Positions 10,401 to 20,203 of a stretch of DNA of 64,000 bases are shown piece by piece; within the stretch, counting starts at the first letter, position 1, and each line of letters begins with the position of its first letter. The position numbers and the translations under genes are program-made. The DNA comes from an uncultured Collinsella sp. (GTDB taxonomy: Bacteria > Actinomycetota > Coriobacteriia > Coriobacteriales > Coriobacteriaceae), in NCBI GenBank assembly GCA_902491615.1, contig CABUIH010000002.1, positions 24,383-88,382 on the forward strand. Direction: 5' to 3'. The notes beneath the pieces were generated by a model. That model made no database searches, was not told the DNA's origin, and was given only the letters and a program-made list of their open reading frames with translations.

Positions 10401-12525
10401 GCGTTTCTGGTCTAGACGCGTTTTGACGCGCCGTCCGAGCTGCCATCGCAAGCGAGACGGCTTTATGGGCCGCGCCGGTATCGACCTGTTTATCGAAGAC
10501 GGTGCCTACACCACGCTTTCTTCTGCCGTGGTCATCCTAGTGGTGCTCACGTTGTTGTTTTCGTCGACCGCGGCGATATGGAGCATGTCGCGCGCGGGGG
10601 ACACCCAGGTGGCGGCCGATAGCGGCGCGCTGGCGGGTGCCAACGTAGTGTCGTCCTATCACACGGCTGCCACGGTGGTTGATGCGAGCATCTTGAGTCT
10701 GGGGCTAGCGGGGTTTGCCACGATCGGGACGGGCCTGGTCGCCATCCTCATCCCGGGTGCCGAACCAGTTGCCGGCAATATGGTCGACACCGGGATTGAG
10801 ATCATTAAAACGCGCAACAAGTTTGCCAAAAGCGCATCGGAAGGCTTGCAGAAAATCGAGACGGCTCTGCCGTATCTGATTGCCGCGCGTGCCACGCAGG
10901 CGGTGTCGGCGCAGGATACCGATAGTGTGACCTATACCGGTACGGCGCTTGCCGTGCCCAGGATGTCCGAGTCGGATTTCGTTGCGCTCGAGGGTTCTGA
11001 GATCTCGACCGATGCCATTAAAGACACATCGAAAGATCTGGAGCGCGCAGCAGATGAGCTGCAGAAGGCCTCGGAGGAGACGGCGAAAGCAAAAGAACGC
11101 GCCTGGCTTGCGGATTGCGGTGGATCGGTTCCGGCTTCGGTCGGTAGCTGTTCATGCATGTGGGAACGTGCGAGGAGTTTGGCAAAGCTCTCGGGTGAGC
11201 AGAACCCGCATTATGCCTCGAGCATTTCGTGGGAGCCACAGGTGGCGCTCGACCGCGCGAAGACCTACTACCGTCAACGCCTGGCAGACGAAAAACCGCA
11301 GGGTTCAAGCGTCGAGACGAAGGCGGAGTCGGCGGCGCGCAAGGCGTTTTACACCTATGCGAGTACAGAGGTCAATCGTGCATATGTAACCGAGGACGGA
11401 GATGAAGTCGCTTCCTATATCCCGCTGTTGCCGCGCAACACTGACGAGGTGCGAGCGACGGAACTCTATACCGATACGGTGTGGCCAACCAGTGCCATCG
11501 ATGGCAAGACGTATCTGCATTACGGAACGAGTTGCCCCAACTATAAGAAGGGGGCGCCATGCGGGCTGGCCTCGGTTGCTGCTTATGACGGGCAGGACAA
11601 ATGCAATAGATGCCATTTTGGTGTTTCGTCGCTCGGTGCCGTTGCGGCTCCTTCGACTTCTATCGAAAACGGCTTTGAGTACCACTTTGATCGATTCAAA
11701 GAGGCTCTGGAAGACTACGTCGAATGCCGCAACAAAGAACTCGAACTTGAGCGTCAGACCGAGGATGAGGCCGACCGTGCGGGCAATGCGTTTGACCAGG
11801 CCATTAAAGCGCTTTCCGGCGAGCGCCCGCGTATCGCCCCACCTGGACGCAACGGCGTGGTCGCATTTGCAGTTTCGGGTGATATTACCAGCCCCGATCA
11901 ACTTAACTCCTCGTTTAACACGGCAGTCAGGCTTGGCGATCGCGGTGCTATCTCTGCCGCGGTGCTGGCGCCCGATGAGGCGACGGCGCAAAACAACGTG
12001 CTTTCGCGATTTTTCTCGACATTGAAGGAACGCTCGGGCGGCGTTGCCGGCGTGCTCGACGGCGTCATGGATGTTTGGGGACGGCTGCTCGTAGGATACG
12101 GTGATATCCAAGGTTCGGCCGACGAACTTATGGACGAGATGATTAAAGGCCTAGGAGGGGGCAGCGGCGCGTTGGGTTCCATCGCATCGTGGCTCGGCGA
12201 TACCGTTTCGGCGTCCATGGCGGCGTTGGGTCTGGAACCGTGCGACTTGCGCCTGCGAAAGCCGGTGCTGACCGATTCCGCCAACGTCATTAAGAGTCCG
12301 GGGTCTGACATTGCTGGTCTTTCTCAAGCGCAAGACAAGCTGCGAAGTATTCCGTTGGGCGTGACCGATCCCAAGGCGCTTTGCGAGGCGTTGGAATATC
12401 AAGTCGAACGCACCATTAGCAGTACGGTGTTCACGCTTGCGGAGATTCCTCTGCCCGGCGGCGGCTCCATCCCACTCACCGTCGATGTCGCCACGCTGGT
12501 TGGCGCTCTGGGCGGTGGGTCGTAA
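10372..12525 (+). CDS. Large TadG-like pilus-associated protein
   Basis: EDGAYTT plus TM helix plus QVAADSGALAGA Tad-domain motif; coiled-coil segments and Cys/His clusters. Confidence 0.7.
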   Translation: MIRGLLHGIKRFWSRRVLTRRPSCHRKRDGFMGRAGIDLFIEDGAYTTLSSAVVILVVLTLLFSSTAAIWSMSRAGDTQVAADSGALAGANVVSSYHTAATVVDASILSLGLAGFATIGTGLVAILIPGAEPVAGNMVDTGIEIIKTRNKFAKSASEGLQKIETALPYLIAARATQAVSAQDTDSVTYTGTALAVPRMSESDFVALEGSEISTDAIKDTSKDLERAADELQKASEETAKAKERAWLADCGGSVPASVGSCSCMWERARSLAKLSGEQNPHYASSISWEPQVALDRAKTYYRQRLADEKPQGSSVETKAESAARKAFYTYASTEVNRAYVTEDGDEVASYIPLLPRNTDEVRATELYTDTVWPTSAIDGKTYLHYGTSCPNYKKGAPCGLASVAAYDGQDKCNRCHFGVSSLGAVAAPSTSIENGFEYHFDRFKEALEDYVECRNKELELERQTEDEADRAGNAFDQAIKALSGERPRIAPPGRNGVVAFAVSGDITSPDQLNSSFNTAVRLGDRGAISAAVLAPDEATAQNNVLSRFFSTLKERSGGVAGVLDGVMDVWGRLLVGYGDIQGSADELMDEMIKGLGGGSGALGSIASWLGDTVSASMAALGLEPCDLRLRKPVLTDSANVIKSPGSDIAGLSQAQDKLRSIPLGVTDPKALCEALEYQVERTISSTVFTLAEIPLPGGGSIPLTVDVATLVGALGGGS

Positions 12526-13001
12526 TGAGTGTCCGCATGCGTCTGCGCGAGGAGCGCGCCCAAGCGACGGTGGAGATGGCAGTGGTTACGCCCGTTTTGC
12601 TGGTGCTGGCACTCATCGTGTACAACGTCATGATCTTTGCCAGCGCTGTCGCGCGCTTCGACCGCGTGGTGCCCGACATCGTGTTGGCGCACGCTGTGGC
12701 GCCGGGCGGGGAGGGTGACGAGAACTCTGCCGATGCCTCGGTGACGGTCCAGACTCAAATTCTGAATGCCATGGAAGGCTATGACTTGCAGATCGAAGTG
12801 TCGAGCGAGCAAGGCGCGAAGGCATCAGATGGTGGCCTGCTCTCCCTATCCGGTACGTTTAGGACCTACACCTGCACCATGCACTATGAGCCGTGGCCGA
12901 CTTCTCTCAGCATCGCTGGCGTTCCGCTGGGGGCGCCGACAACGTTGTCGCACGAGCGCGCGGTGACGGTCGATCCATGGCGTCCGGGGGTGGTCATGTG
13001 A
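12525..13001 (+). CDS. TadE-like pseudopilin
   Basis: REERAQA-TVEMAVVTPVLLVLAL motif; TAATG coupling. Confidence 0.8.
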   Translation: MSVRMRLREERAQATVEMAVVTPVLLVLALIVYNVMIFASAVARFDRVVPDIVLAHAVAPGGEGDENSADASVTVQTQILNAMEGYDLQIEVSSEQGAKASDGGLLSLSGTFRTYTCTMHYEPWPTSLSIAGVPLGAPTTLSHERAVTVDPWRPGVVM

Positions 13002-13357
13002 CCGCGGTCTCGTCCTACATCGCCTACGCGCGGGCACTCAATAGGCTGGGTTGGACGCCGGCCGAGTTTGCGGTGGCGGAGTCGTTTGTCGTGCGCCTGC
13101 GCGGCATGCTGGGACGGCGTCCGGTTGCCGCCAACGGCCTGCCGCTCGTCATGGCGTTTCCACGCTGCTCTTCGGTCCATACGTGTTTTATGGCCTATCC
13201 CATCGACATCGCCTTCATCGATGCACGCGGCAATATCCTCGCGCGCTACGAAAACGTATGTCCCTGGTGTATGTGCTCCTGCCCCGGCGCCTGGGCGGTA
13301 TTGGAACGCCCTTCAATCCTCGCTACACCTCCCGCCCTCCAACAAGTGACGGCGTAA
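12998..13357 (+). CDS. DUF192-family protein
   Basis: AESF..RLRGMLGR, CSSVHTCFMAYPIDIAFID..G.I, AVLE pattern; family often sits beside tad loci. Confidence 0.8.
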   Translation: MTAVSSYIAYARALNRLGWTPAEFAVAESFVVRLRGMLGRRPVAANGLPLVMAFPRCSSVHTCFMAYPIDIAFIDARGNILARYENVCPWCMCSCPGAWAVLERPSILATPPALQQVTA

Positions 13358-13416
13358 GAGATTGGCGACAGCGGACTTTCGTCATACGAAATTGGGTAAG
13401 ATGGAGGAGAAGGTGC

Positions 13417-13683
13417 ATGGATGTTGAGATCCATCCGAACGCCAAAAAACACTTGACGGAAAAGCAGGTACTAGGTGCCTGGTTCGCGGTTACTGAGTGC
13501 ATTCGCCGCGAGTCGGAGGACGAGCCGCCGAGATGGCTTGCCATTGGATGGCTTCCAGATGGTCAAAGTGTGGAACTTGTTGCGGTCGAACTAATTCGTG
13601 GATGGCTCATTATTCATGCCCTGTCTCCGGTTCAGAAGAAATTCTGGCAAGAGATCGAGCGAGCTCGGCAGAGGGGTCGATGA
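13417..13683 (+). CDS. Small protein, putative BrnT/RelE-fold toxin
   Basis: 88 aa, HPNAKKH...RWLAIG...VELV...IIHA pattern; stop overlaps the downstream RHH gene. Confidence 0.6.
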   Translation: MDVEIHPNAKKHLTEKQVLGAWFAVTECIRRESEDEPPRWLAIGWLPDGQSVELVAVELIRGWLIIHALSPVQKKFWQEIERARQRGR

Positions 13684-13967
13684 TGGGCAAGACATATACG
13701 GCCGCTAATGGTCAGGTTGTAACGGATGAAATGATTGACGCGTGGTGCGAGTCGTACGAGCGCGGAGAGTTACCGGATGGCGAACACACCGTTGGTGGGA
13801 TCGTGCATGGACGGCCCCCGCTCTCAGGTGAGGGGACGGCAACGCTGTCGGTCAAGATTCCTCTGGGAATGAAGGAGGCCATTCGTCGACGGGCGGCTGC
13901 CGAGGGGATGACGCCAAGTGAGTTTGCCCGTGCGGCTCTGAGTGAAAAACTTCTTGCTGCCGGCTGA
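13680..13967 (+). CDS. Ribbon-helix-helix (CopG-like) protein, putative antitoxin
   Basis: Acidic N-terminus, GRPPL motif, TLSVKIP...AIRRRAAAEGMTPSEFARAAL RHH pattern. Confidence 0.75.
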   Translation: MMGKTYTAANGQVVTDEMIDAWCESYERGELPDGEHTVGGIVHGRPPLSGEGTATLSVKIPLGMKEAIRRRAAAEGMTPSEFARAALSEKLLAAG

Positions 13968-14030
13968 TGCCTCTGACGTGCCGATTTATAGAACCGAGGC
14001 TGTGCTCAAAAACTTTTTTAAAATTCTCGG

Positions 14031-14058
14031 TTGACCGGAACGCGTCCTTGGTTATACT
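14031..14058 (+). promoter_or_regulatory. Sigma70-type promoter of tRNA-Phe
   Basis: TTGACC-16 nt-TATACT with upstream A/T tract. Confidence 0.7.
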
Positions 14059-14090
14059 AATCAAGCCTTGAAACAAGGCACACCTCAAAT

Positions 14091-14163
<73 letters not shown>

Positions 14164-14176
14164 CCTTGAACTGACT

Positions 14177-14206
14177 AGGACCTCTGCAAAGGGGTCCTTT
14201 TCTTTT
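14177..14206 (+). terminator. Terminator after tRNA-Phe
   Basis: aggacctct-gcaa-aggggtcct followed by a T run. Confidence 0.85.
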
Positions 14207-14452
14207 ATGTGGACCCGCGGAAAATGCATCCCAGTCTTTTGCGAAAAACGGGATGCGCTTTCCGGCCGCCTACTTCCGGCGCATATGTACATCTCGGCGC
14301 GCCATCTCGGGCCCGCCCAGACATTCCTCCCGCTTTTGCGCCACTTTACAGACCGTTCGGTCGTCTGTCCGCACGCGCGGGTATACTCAAAACGATACTT
14401 TTACTATGCAATACGATGCGGGCTCGGCCTGCACGATCCGAAGGGGGCAGTG

Positions 14453-15514
14453 ATGGAGAGGATACTCGGCGTTAATCTCTCTGGCTGGTTTATTCCCGAG
14501 CCTTGGGTGACCCCGTCGCTATACGCGGCGACCGGTGCATCCAACGCGGCCGAGCTGCAGGAGGCCATGGGCACCGCCGCCTATAACGAGCGCATGCGCC
14601 GTCATTACGAGACGTTTGTGAGCGAGGACGATTTCCGCCGCATGGCGCAGATTGGCCTCAATGCCGTGCGTCTGCCGGTACCCTGGTATGCCTTTGGCTC
14701 GCAGGAGTCCGATGCGTCCTACATCTCGGTTGTCGACTACATCGACCGTGCAATTGAGTGGGCTGCCAAGTACGACATCCGCGTGCTGCTTGATCTGGCG
14801 ACGGTGCCCGGTGGCCAGGGCGATTCCAACGATTCGCCCGCCACGCCAGAGGCTGTTGCCGAGTGGCATTCGTCCACCAACGGTCGTCATGTCGCACTCG
14901 ACGTGCTCGAGCGCTTGGCCGATCGCTACGGCGAGGCCGAGAGCCTGCTGGGCATTGAGCTGCTGGATACGCCGCAGATGAGTGTCCGCAAGAGTCTCTT
15001 TTCCATGACGGATGGCATTCCGGCTCACTACTTGCGCAATTTCTATCGCGATGCCTACGAGCTCGTCCGTTCGTATATGCCCGAGGATAAGATCGTCGTC
15101 TTTTCGTCTTCGGGGCATCCCAGCGAGTGGAAGCATTTTATGCGCGGCGCCAAGTACAAGAACGTCTACATGGACCTTCACCTGTACCATTACCGCGACG
15201 AGTATGCGCTCGATATCACGAGCCCCCGCGGGCTGACGACGGCGATTTCCCGTAACAAGCGCGAGCTTAAAGAAGCGATTTCGACTGGGTTCCCCGTGCT
15301 GGTGGGCGAATGGTCGGGTGCGGCGATCTTTGCCAACTCGTCGGTTACGCCCGAAGGCCGCAATGCCTACGAGCGCGTGTTTATCGCCAACCAGCTGGCT
15401 TCGTTTGCGCCGGCTGCCGGTTGGTTCTTCCAAACGTGGAAGACCGAGAAGCGCATTGCAGCATGGGACGCCCGCGCGGCGCTCGGTACGCTCGAGCGCG
15501 GCATGATTGAATAG
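14453..15514 (+). CDS. Glycoside hydrolase family 5 (exo-1,3-beta-glucanase-like) protein
   Basis: GVNLSGWFIPEPWVTPSLY, GLNAVRLPVPW, MDLHLY, VGEWS, GWFFQTWK; the canonical NEP motif is altered. Confidence 0.85.
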   Translation: MERILGVNLSGWFIPEPWVTPSLYAATGASNAAELQEAMGTAAYNERMRRHYETFVSEDDFRRMAQIGLNAVRLPVPWYAFGSQESDASYISVVDYIDRAIEWAAKYDIRVLLDLATVPGGQGDSNDSPATPEAVAEWHSSTNGRHVALDVLERLADRYGEAESLLGIELLDTPQMSVRKSLFSMTDGIPAHYLRNFYRDAYELVRSYMPEDKIVVFSSSGHPSEWKHFMRGAKYKNVYMDLHLYHYRDEYALDITSPRGLTTAISRNKRELKEAISTGFPVLVGEWSGAAIFANSSVTPEGRNAYERVFIANQLASFAPAAGWFFQTWKTEKRIAAWDARAALGTLERGMIE

Positions 15515-15520
15515 GTTGAT

Positions 15521-16399
15521 ATGACGCAAAACAGCGCCCATACGGGCAAACTCTATGTGGTCGGCACGCCCATCGGCAACCTGGGCGACCTGTCCCCGCG
15601 CATCGGCGAGGCCTTTGCCACTGCCGATGTCATCTGCTGCGAAGACACGCGTGTGACGTCAAAGCTGCTGATGCACCTGGGCATTTCCAAGCCGCTTGTC
15701 CGTTGCGACGAGAATGTGATCGCCGGCCGCGCCGCCGGCCTGGTCGACCGCCTGCTGGCGGGGGAGACCCTCGCCTTTGCCTCGGACGCCGGCATGCCGA
15801 GCGTGTCCGATCCCGGCCAGGCGCTGGTCGAGGCGGCGCGTGAGGCCGATGTGCCCGTCGAAGTTATTCCCGGGCCTTCTGCTTGCGTCACGGCGCTCGT
15901 TTCGTCCGGCATTCCCTGCGAGCATTTTTTCTTCGAGGGCTTTTTGGGCCGAAAGCACGGCGACCGCGTGCGCCGTTTACAGCGCCTTGCCGTGGTGCCC
16001 GGCGCGCTCATCTTCTACGAGTCTCCACATCGCATCGTGGCGACGCTCGAGGCCGTGGCGGAGGTCTTTCCCCAGCGTGAGGTTGCCGTCTGCCGCGAAC
16101 TCACCAAGCTGCATGAGGAGGTCTTGCGCGGGCCCGCTGCCCAGCTTGCCGAGGAGCTGTGTGCTCGCGGCGAGGTAAAGGGCGAGATTGCGCTGGTCAT
16201 CGCGCCGCCGAGCGAGGACGAAGAGGCCGGTATCGCGCCGGTTGGCGCCGCGGCAGTGGATCCCGACGAGGCCCTGCGCGAGGATATCCGCGCCGCGCTC
16301 GATGAGGGGGAGCCCGCGTCTGCGGTGGCCAAGCGCCTGTCTCAGAAGTATTCGCGCCGCAAGCGCGATGTCTATGCCATGGTGCTCGATATGCAATAG
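15521..16399 (+). CDS. rsmI: 16S rRNA (cytidine1402-2'-O)-methyltransferase
   Basis: LYVVGTPIGNLGD, CEDTR, SDAGMP, FYESPHR, RELTKLHEE. Confidence 0.95.
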   Translation: MTQNSAHTGKLYVVGTPIGNLGDLSPRIGEAFATADVICCEDTRVTSKLLMHLGISKPLVRCDENVIAGRAAGLVDRLLAGETLAFASDAGMPSVSDPGQALVEAAREADVPVEVIPGPSACVTALVSSGIPCEHFFFEGFLGRKHGDRVRRLQRLAVVPGALIFYESPHRIVATLEAVAEVFPQREVAVCRELTKLHEEVLRGPAAQLAEELCARGEVKGEIALVIAPPSEDEEAGIAPVGAAAVDPDEALREDIRAALDEGEPASAVAKRLSQKYSRRKRDVYAMVLDMQ

Positions 16400-16468
16400 A
16401 TGGAGGATATCCAGCCCTTGCGCTAGAATCATCCTCTGTATGCAACGTTTTTCTGGAGGACAAACCCC

Positions 16469-18070
16469 ATGGATCAAAGCAAGCCTTCGTTCTTTATCAC
16501 GACGCCCATCTACTACGTCAACGCCGATCCGCACCTGGGCACGGCTTATTCCACCATCATCGCCGACGTTCAGGCTCGCTATCGCCGTTCCGCCGGCTAT
16601 AACGTCAAGTTCCTGACCGGCATGGACGAGCACGGCGAGAAGGTCGCCGAGGCCGCAGCCAAGCACAACATGACGCCGCAGGAGTGGACCGACAGCCAGG
16701 CTCCGCACTTCAAGGAGCTTTGGAGCAAGCTCGAGATTTCCAACGACGACTTCATCCGCACCACCGAGCCGCGCCAGCATCATGCCGTGCAGTACCTGTG
16801 GGAGCGCATGAAGGAGTCCGGCTACCTGTATAAGGGCAGCTATGACGGCTGGTACTGCGTGCCCGACGAGACCTACTTCACCGATACACAGGTCCAGAAG
16901 GGCGACGAGGAGTACGGCAGCGTCGGCCAGCACCTGTGCCCCGACTGCCACCGTCCGCTTGAGCGCGTGCAGGAGGAGTCCTACTTCTTTAAGCTTTCCG
17001 CCTTCCAGGACGAGCTGCTTAAGCTCTATGACGAGCATCCCGACTTTGTCGAGCCTGCGTTCCGCATGAACGAGGTTCGCAGCTTTGTCGAGGGCGGCCT
17101 CAACGACCTTTCCGTGAGCCGTACGAGCTTTGACTGGGGCATTCAGGTCCCGTTTGACGAGGGTCACGTGACCTACGTGTGGTTCGATGCGCTGCTCAAC
17201 TATATGACGGCCGTCGGCTACGGTGTCGACACCGACGAGGCGCGTGCCGAGCTGGCCTATCGCTGGCCCGCGCAGTTCCACATCGTGGGTAAGGACATCA
17301 TCCGCTTCCACTGCGTCATTTGGCCCGCCATGCTCATGGCCATCGGCGAGGCCCTGCCCGAGCACGTCTTTGCCCACGGCTTCCTGACCGTGCGCAATGC
17401 CGAGACCGGCAAGGCCGAGAAGATGTCCAAGAGCCGCGGCAACGCCATCGCTCCGCAGGACGTTATCGACATGCTGGGCGTCGAGGGCTATCGCTACTAC
17501 TTTATGACCGACGTGGTGCCCGGCACCGACGGCGCCATTAGCTTTGAGCGTATGGAGCAGGTCTACAACGCCGACCTGGCCAACAGCTGGGGCAACCTCA
17601 TCTCTCGTTCGCTCAACATGAGCGGCAAGTACTTTGACGGCTGCGCCCCTGCCAAGCCGGCCTCTGCCGACGCGTTCGACAACCCGCTGGCCAAGATTGC
17701 CGACGGCCTGGTCGAGCGCTATATGGCCAAGATGGACGTACTCGATTACGGCGGAGCCAAGGACGAGGTCATGGAGCTCATCCACGCCGCCAACCACTAC
17801 ATCGAGGACTCCGAGCCTTGGGCACTTGCCAAGGACGAGGCCAAGGCTGACGAGCTGGCGTTTGTGATCTACAACCTGCTCGAGGCCATCCGCATTGCCG
17901 CTCACCTGCTGATGCCGCTCATGCCCCAGACTTCTGCCGAGGCTCTGCGCCGCCTGTCCTGCGAGGACGAGGCCGCGAGCGACGACCTCAAGGGCATTTG
18001 CGCTTGGGGCCTGCTTGCTGGTGGTCAGCCCGTCGAGAAGGGCGATCCGCTGTTCCCGCGTCTGGCGTAG
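16469..18070 (+). CDS. metG: Methionine--tRNA ligase (short form, no C-terminal Trbp domain)
   Basis: ITTPIYYVN, HLGT (HIGH-like), YVWFDAL, GKDI, KMSKS, LFPR C-terminus. Confidence 0.96.
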   Translation: MDQSKPSFFITTPIYYVNADPHLGTAYSTIIADVQARYRRSAGYNVKFLTGMDEHGEKVAEAAAKHNMTPQEWTDSQAPHFKELWSKLEISNDDFIRTTEPRQHHAVQYLWERMKESGYLYKGSYDGWYCVPDETYFTDTQVQKGDEEYGSVGQHLCPDCHRPLERVQEESYFFKLSAFQDELLKLYDEHPDFVEPAFRMNEVRSFVEGGLNDLSVSRTSFDWGIQVPFDEGHVTYVWFDALLNYMTAVGYGVDTDEARAELAYRWPAQFHIVGKDIIRFHCVIWPAMLMAIGEALPEHVFAHGFLTVRNAETGKAEKMSKSRGNAIAPQDVIDMLGVEGYRYYFMTDVVPGTDGAISFERMEQVYNADLANSWGNLISRSLNMSGKYFDGCAPAKPASADAFDNPLAKIADGLVERYMAKMDVLDYGGAKDEVMELIHAANHYIEDSEPWALAKDEAKADELAFVIYNLLEAIRIAAHLLMPLMPQTSAEALRRLSCEDEAASDDLKGICAWGLLAGGQPVEKGDPLFPRLA

Positions 18071-18180
18071 AGACCGCGCGAGCGCCATATCGGCAATTTG
18101 CTGTTTAGCTGTAAGGGCATGGCCGCCACGGTCCATGCCCTTTTGTTTCAAGACGCCGCCATCATGCTAAGGAGGCAACC

Positions 18181-19041
18181 ATGACAACTTCGCCTTTGGC
18201 AAACCCCACGGCCACCAGGGAGCTGCTAGAGGAGTTTGGCCTTGCGACTAAGCATCGCCTGGGCCAAAACTTCCTGATCGACAACCATGTGATCGAACGT
18301 ATCTGTGAGCTCGCTGAGCTTGCGGGCGATGAGCGCGTGCTCGAGGTCGGCCCGGGTTGCGGCACACTGACGTTGGCCCTGCTGCAGGAGGCGGCGTGCG
18401 TTACGTCGATTGAGGCAGATCCCGAGCTTGAGCCGGTGCTTGACGCCCACGCCGCCGACTATGCCAACTTCCGCTTTATCATGGGCGATGCGCTCAAGGT
18501 GACGCCGGAGCAGATTGAGCAGGCCGCCGGTAGTGAACCCACGGTGTTTGTCGCGAATCTGCCCTATAACGTGGCGGCGACGATCATCCTTCAGTTCTTC
18601 CAGACGATGCCCGCGCTTAAGCGCGCTGTCGTCATGGTGCAAAAGGAGGTTGCAGATCGTATTGGCGCAACGCCGGGCAACAAGACCTATGGCGGCTACA
18701 CGGCAAAGCTCGGTCTGTATGCGCAGGTGACGGGGCGCTTTGAGGTGCCGCCGCGCTGCTTTATGCCGGCACCGCATGTGGATTCTGCCGTGGTGCGCAT
18801 CGACCGTGTTGACGGCGTGGTGCCCGAGGGGCTCGATCGCGAGTTTGTGGCCCGCGTGATTGATGCTGCATTTGCTCAGCGTCGCAAGACCATCCGCAAT
18901 TCCATGAGCGCCAACGGTTTTGCTAAGGACGTGCTCGACGCCGCCTTTGAGGCCTGCGGTATCGCACCTACCACGCGCGCCGAGACGCTCGATGTTGCCG
19001 ACTTTGTCCGCCTGGCTCAGGAGCTTTCCCATGACGCCTAA
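18181..19041 (+). CDS. rsmA: 16S rRNA (adenine1518/1519-N6)-dimethyltransferase KsgA
   Basis: LGQNFL, LEVGPGCG, ANLPYN, MVQKEVADR, FAQRRKT. Confidence 0.95.
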   Translation: MTTSPLANPTATRELLEEFGLATKHRLGQNFLIDNHVIERICELAELAGDERVLEVGPGCGTLTLALLQEAACVTSIEADPELEPVLDAHAADYANFRFIMGDALKVTPEQIEQAAGSEPTVFVANLPYNVAATIILQFFQTMPALKRAVVMVQKEVADRIGATPGNKTYGGYTAKLGLYAQVTGRFEVPPRCFMPAPHVDSAVVRIDRVDGVVPEGLDREFVARVIDAAFAQRRKTIRNSMSANGFAKDVLDAAFEACGIAPTTRAETLDVADFVRLAQELSHDA

Positions 19042-19945
19042 TGTCGAACGCGTGACGTTTACCAAGAAAAAGAAGACGGTTGCTTGTCCCGTGCCCTTGG
19101 CGCCGCTTGCCGATACGCACGCGCACCTGCTTTCGTTTTGGGGCAAAGAAGTGCCCGAGACGCTCGTGCGCGCCAAAGCTGCGGGCGTCGACCTGTTGGT
19201 GACGATGTTCGACCCCATCGCTGACAAACGCAGCGTGACGGACTATAGCGACTGGCTGGTTCGCGAGATTCTGCCGATGCGGGATATTCCGCAGGTCAAG
19301 TATCTCGCTGGCGTTCACCCCTATGGCGCGCCCGACTACACCGATAACATCCATGCCCAGATTGTGACTGCGCTCGATGATCCCCTATGCGTTGGCATTG
19401 GCGAGATCGGTCTGGACTACCACATGGATTACGACGACGATATCGCGCCGGCGCCCCACGACGTGCAGATCGACTGTATGGCGCGCCAGCTTGAGCTTGC
19501 CGTACGCCGCAATGTTCCGGTGGAGTTGCATCTGCGTCATGAGGACGCGGACGAGGAGCGCACCTCGCATGTGGATGCGTACAACGTGCTGCGCGAGGTG
19601 GGTGTGCCCCAGGCCGGTTGCGTACTGCACTGCTTTGGCGAGGACCGAGCCACAATGGAGCGCTTTGTGGATTTGGGTTGTTACATCGCCTATGGCGGCG
19701 CGGCTACCTTTAAACGCAACGACGAGGTGCGCGAGGCATTCGCGGCAACACCGCTCGACCGTATTTTGTTCGAGACGGATTGCCCGTACATGGCCCCAGA
19801 GCCTATTCGCGGTCTCGAGTGCGAGCCCGCGATGATTTCCATTACGGCAAACGCGCTGGTCAACGACCGTGTCGACCGCACCGGCGATAATGCCGAAGCA
19901 ATCGCGCGAGCCGCTTGGGAAAATGCCTGCAAACTTTTTCTATAA
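19031..19945 (+). CDS. tatD: TatD-family nuclease/hydrolase
   Basis: DTHAHL, GVHP, IGEIGLDY, LHCF, ETDCPY. Confidence 0.92.
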   Translation: MTPNVERVTFTKKKKTVACPVPLAPLADTHAHLLSFWGKEVPETLVRAKAAGVDLLVTMFDPIADKRSVTDYSDWLVREILPMRDIPQVKYLAGVHPYGAPDYTDNIHAQIVTALDDPLCVGIGEIGLDYHMDYDDDIAPAPHDVQIDCMARQLELAVRRNVPVELHLRHEDADEERTSHVDAYNVLREVGVPQAGCVLHCFGEDRATMERFVDLGCYIAYGGAATFKRNDEVREAFAATPLDRILFETDCPYMAPEPIRGLECEPAMISITANALVNDRVDRTGDNAEAIARAAWENACKLFL

Positions 19946-20203
19946 ACGGCTGCCAAGGGGCTGACAAAACTGGTCTATTACCTGCCTTATGCCTGCCCTT
20001 GAGCTTACGACGGGGCGTTTCTATTAATAAGTGCCTACGGTTCGCGTCATGTTCCCGCATCTTCGCGCAAGCATATGACAAGCGATTGCCGTTGATCGAA
20101 AAACGGCTTGCCCACAACCCTAATATCTACCACCTCATCGCCGGACGGGACAAATAGAACCCCCGGTCCCTCCGGTGCATTCTTGTGTTGTAAGGAGAAG
20201 ATT

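Noticed and set aside
15977..18151. 724-aa minus-strand ORF, and similar ones at 34984-36294, 45387-47576, 50580-52532, 56193-57998 and 61713-63134
   Set aside because: Antisense shadows of metG, serS, phoBR, htpG, Pip and hisS caused by high-GC codon bias; no protein motifs
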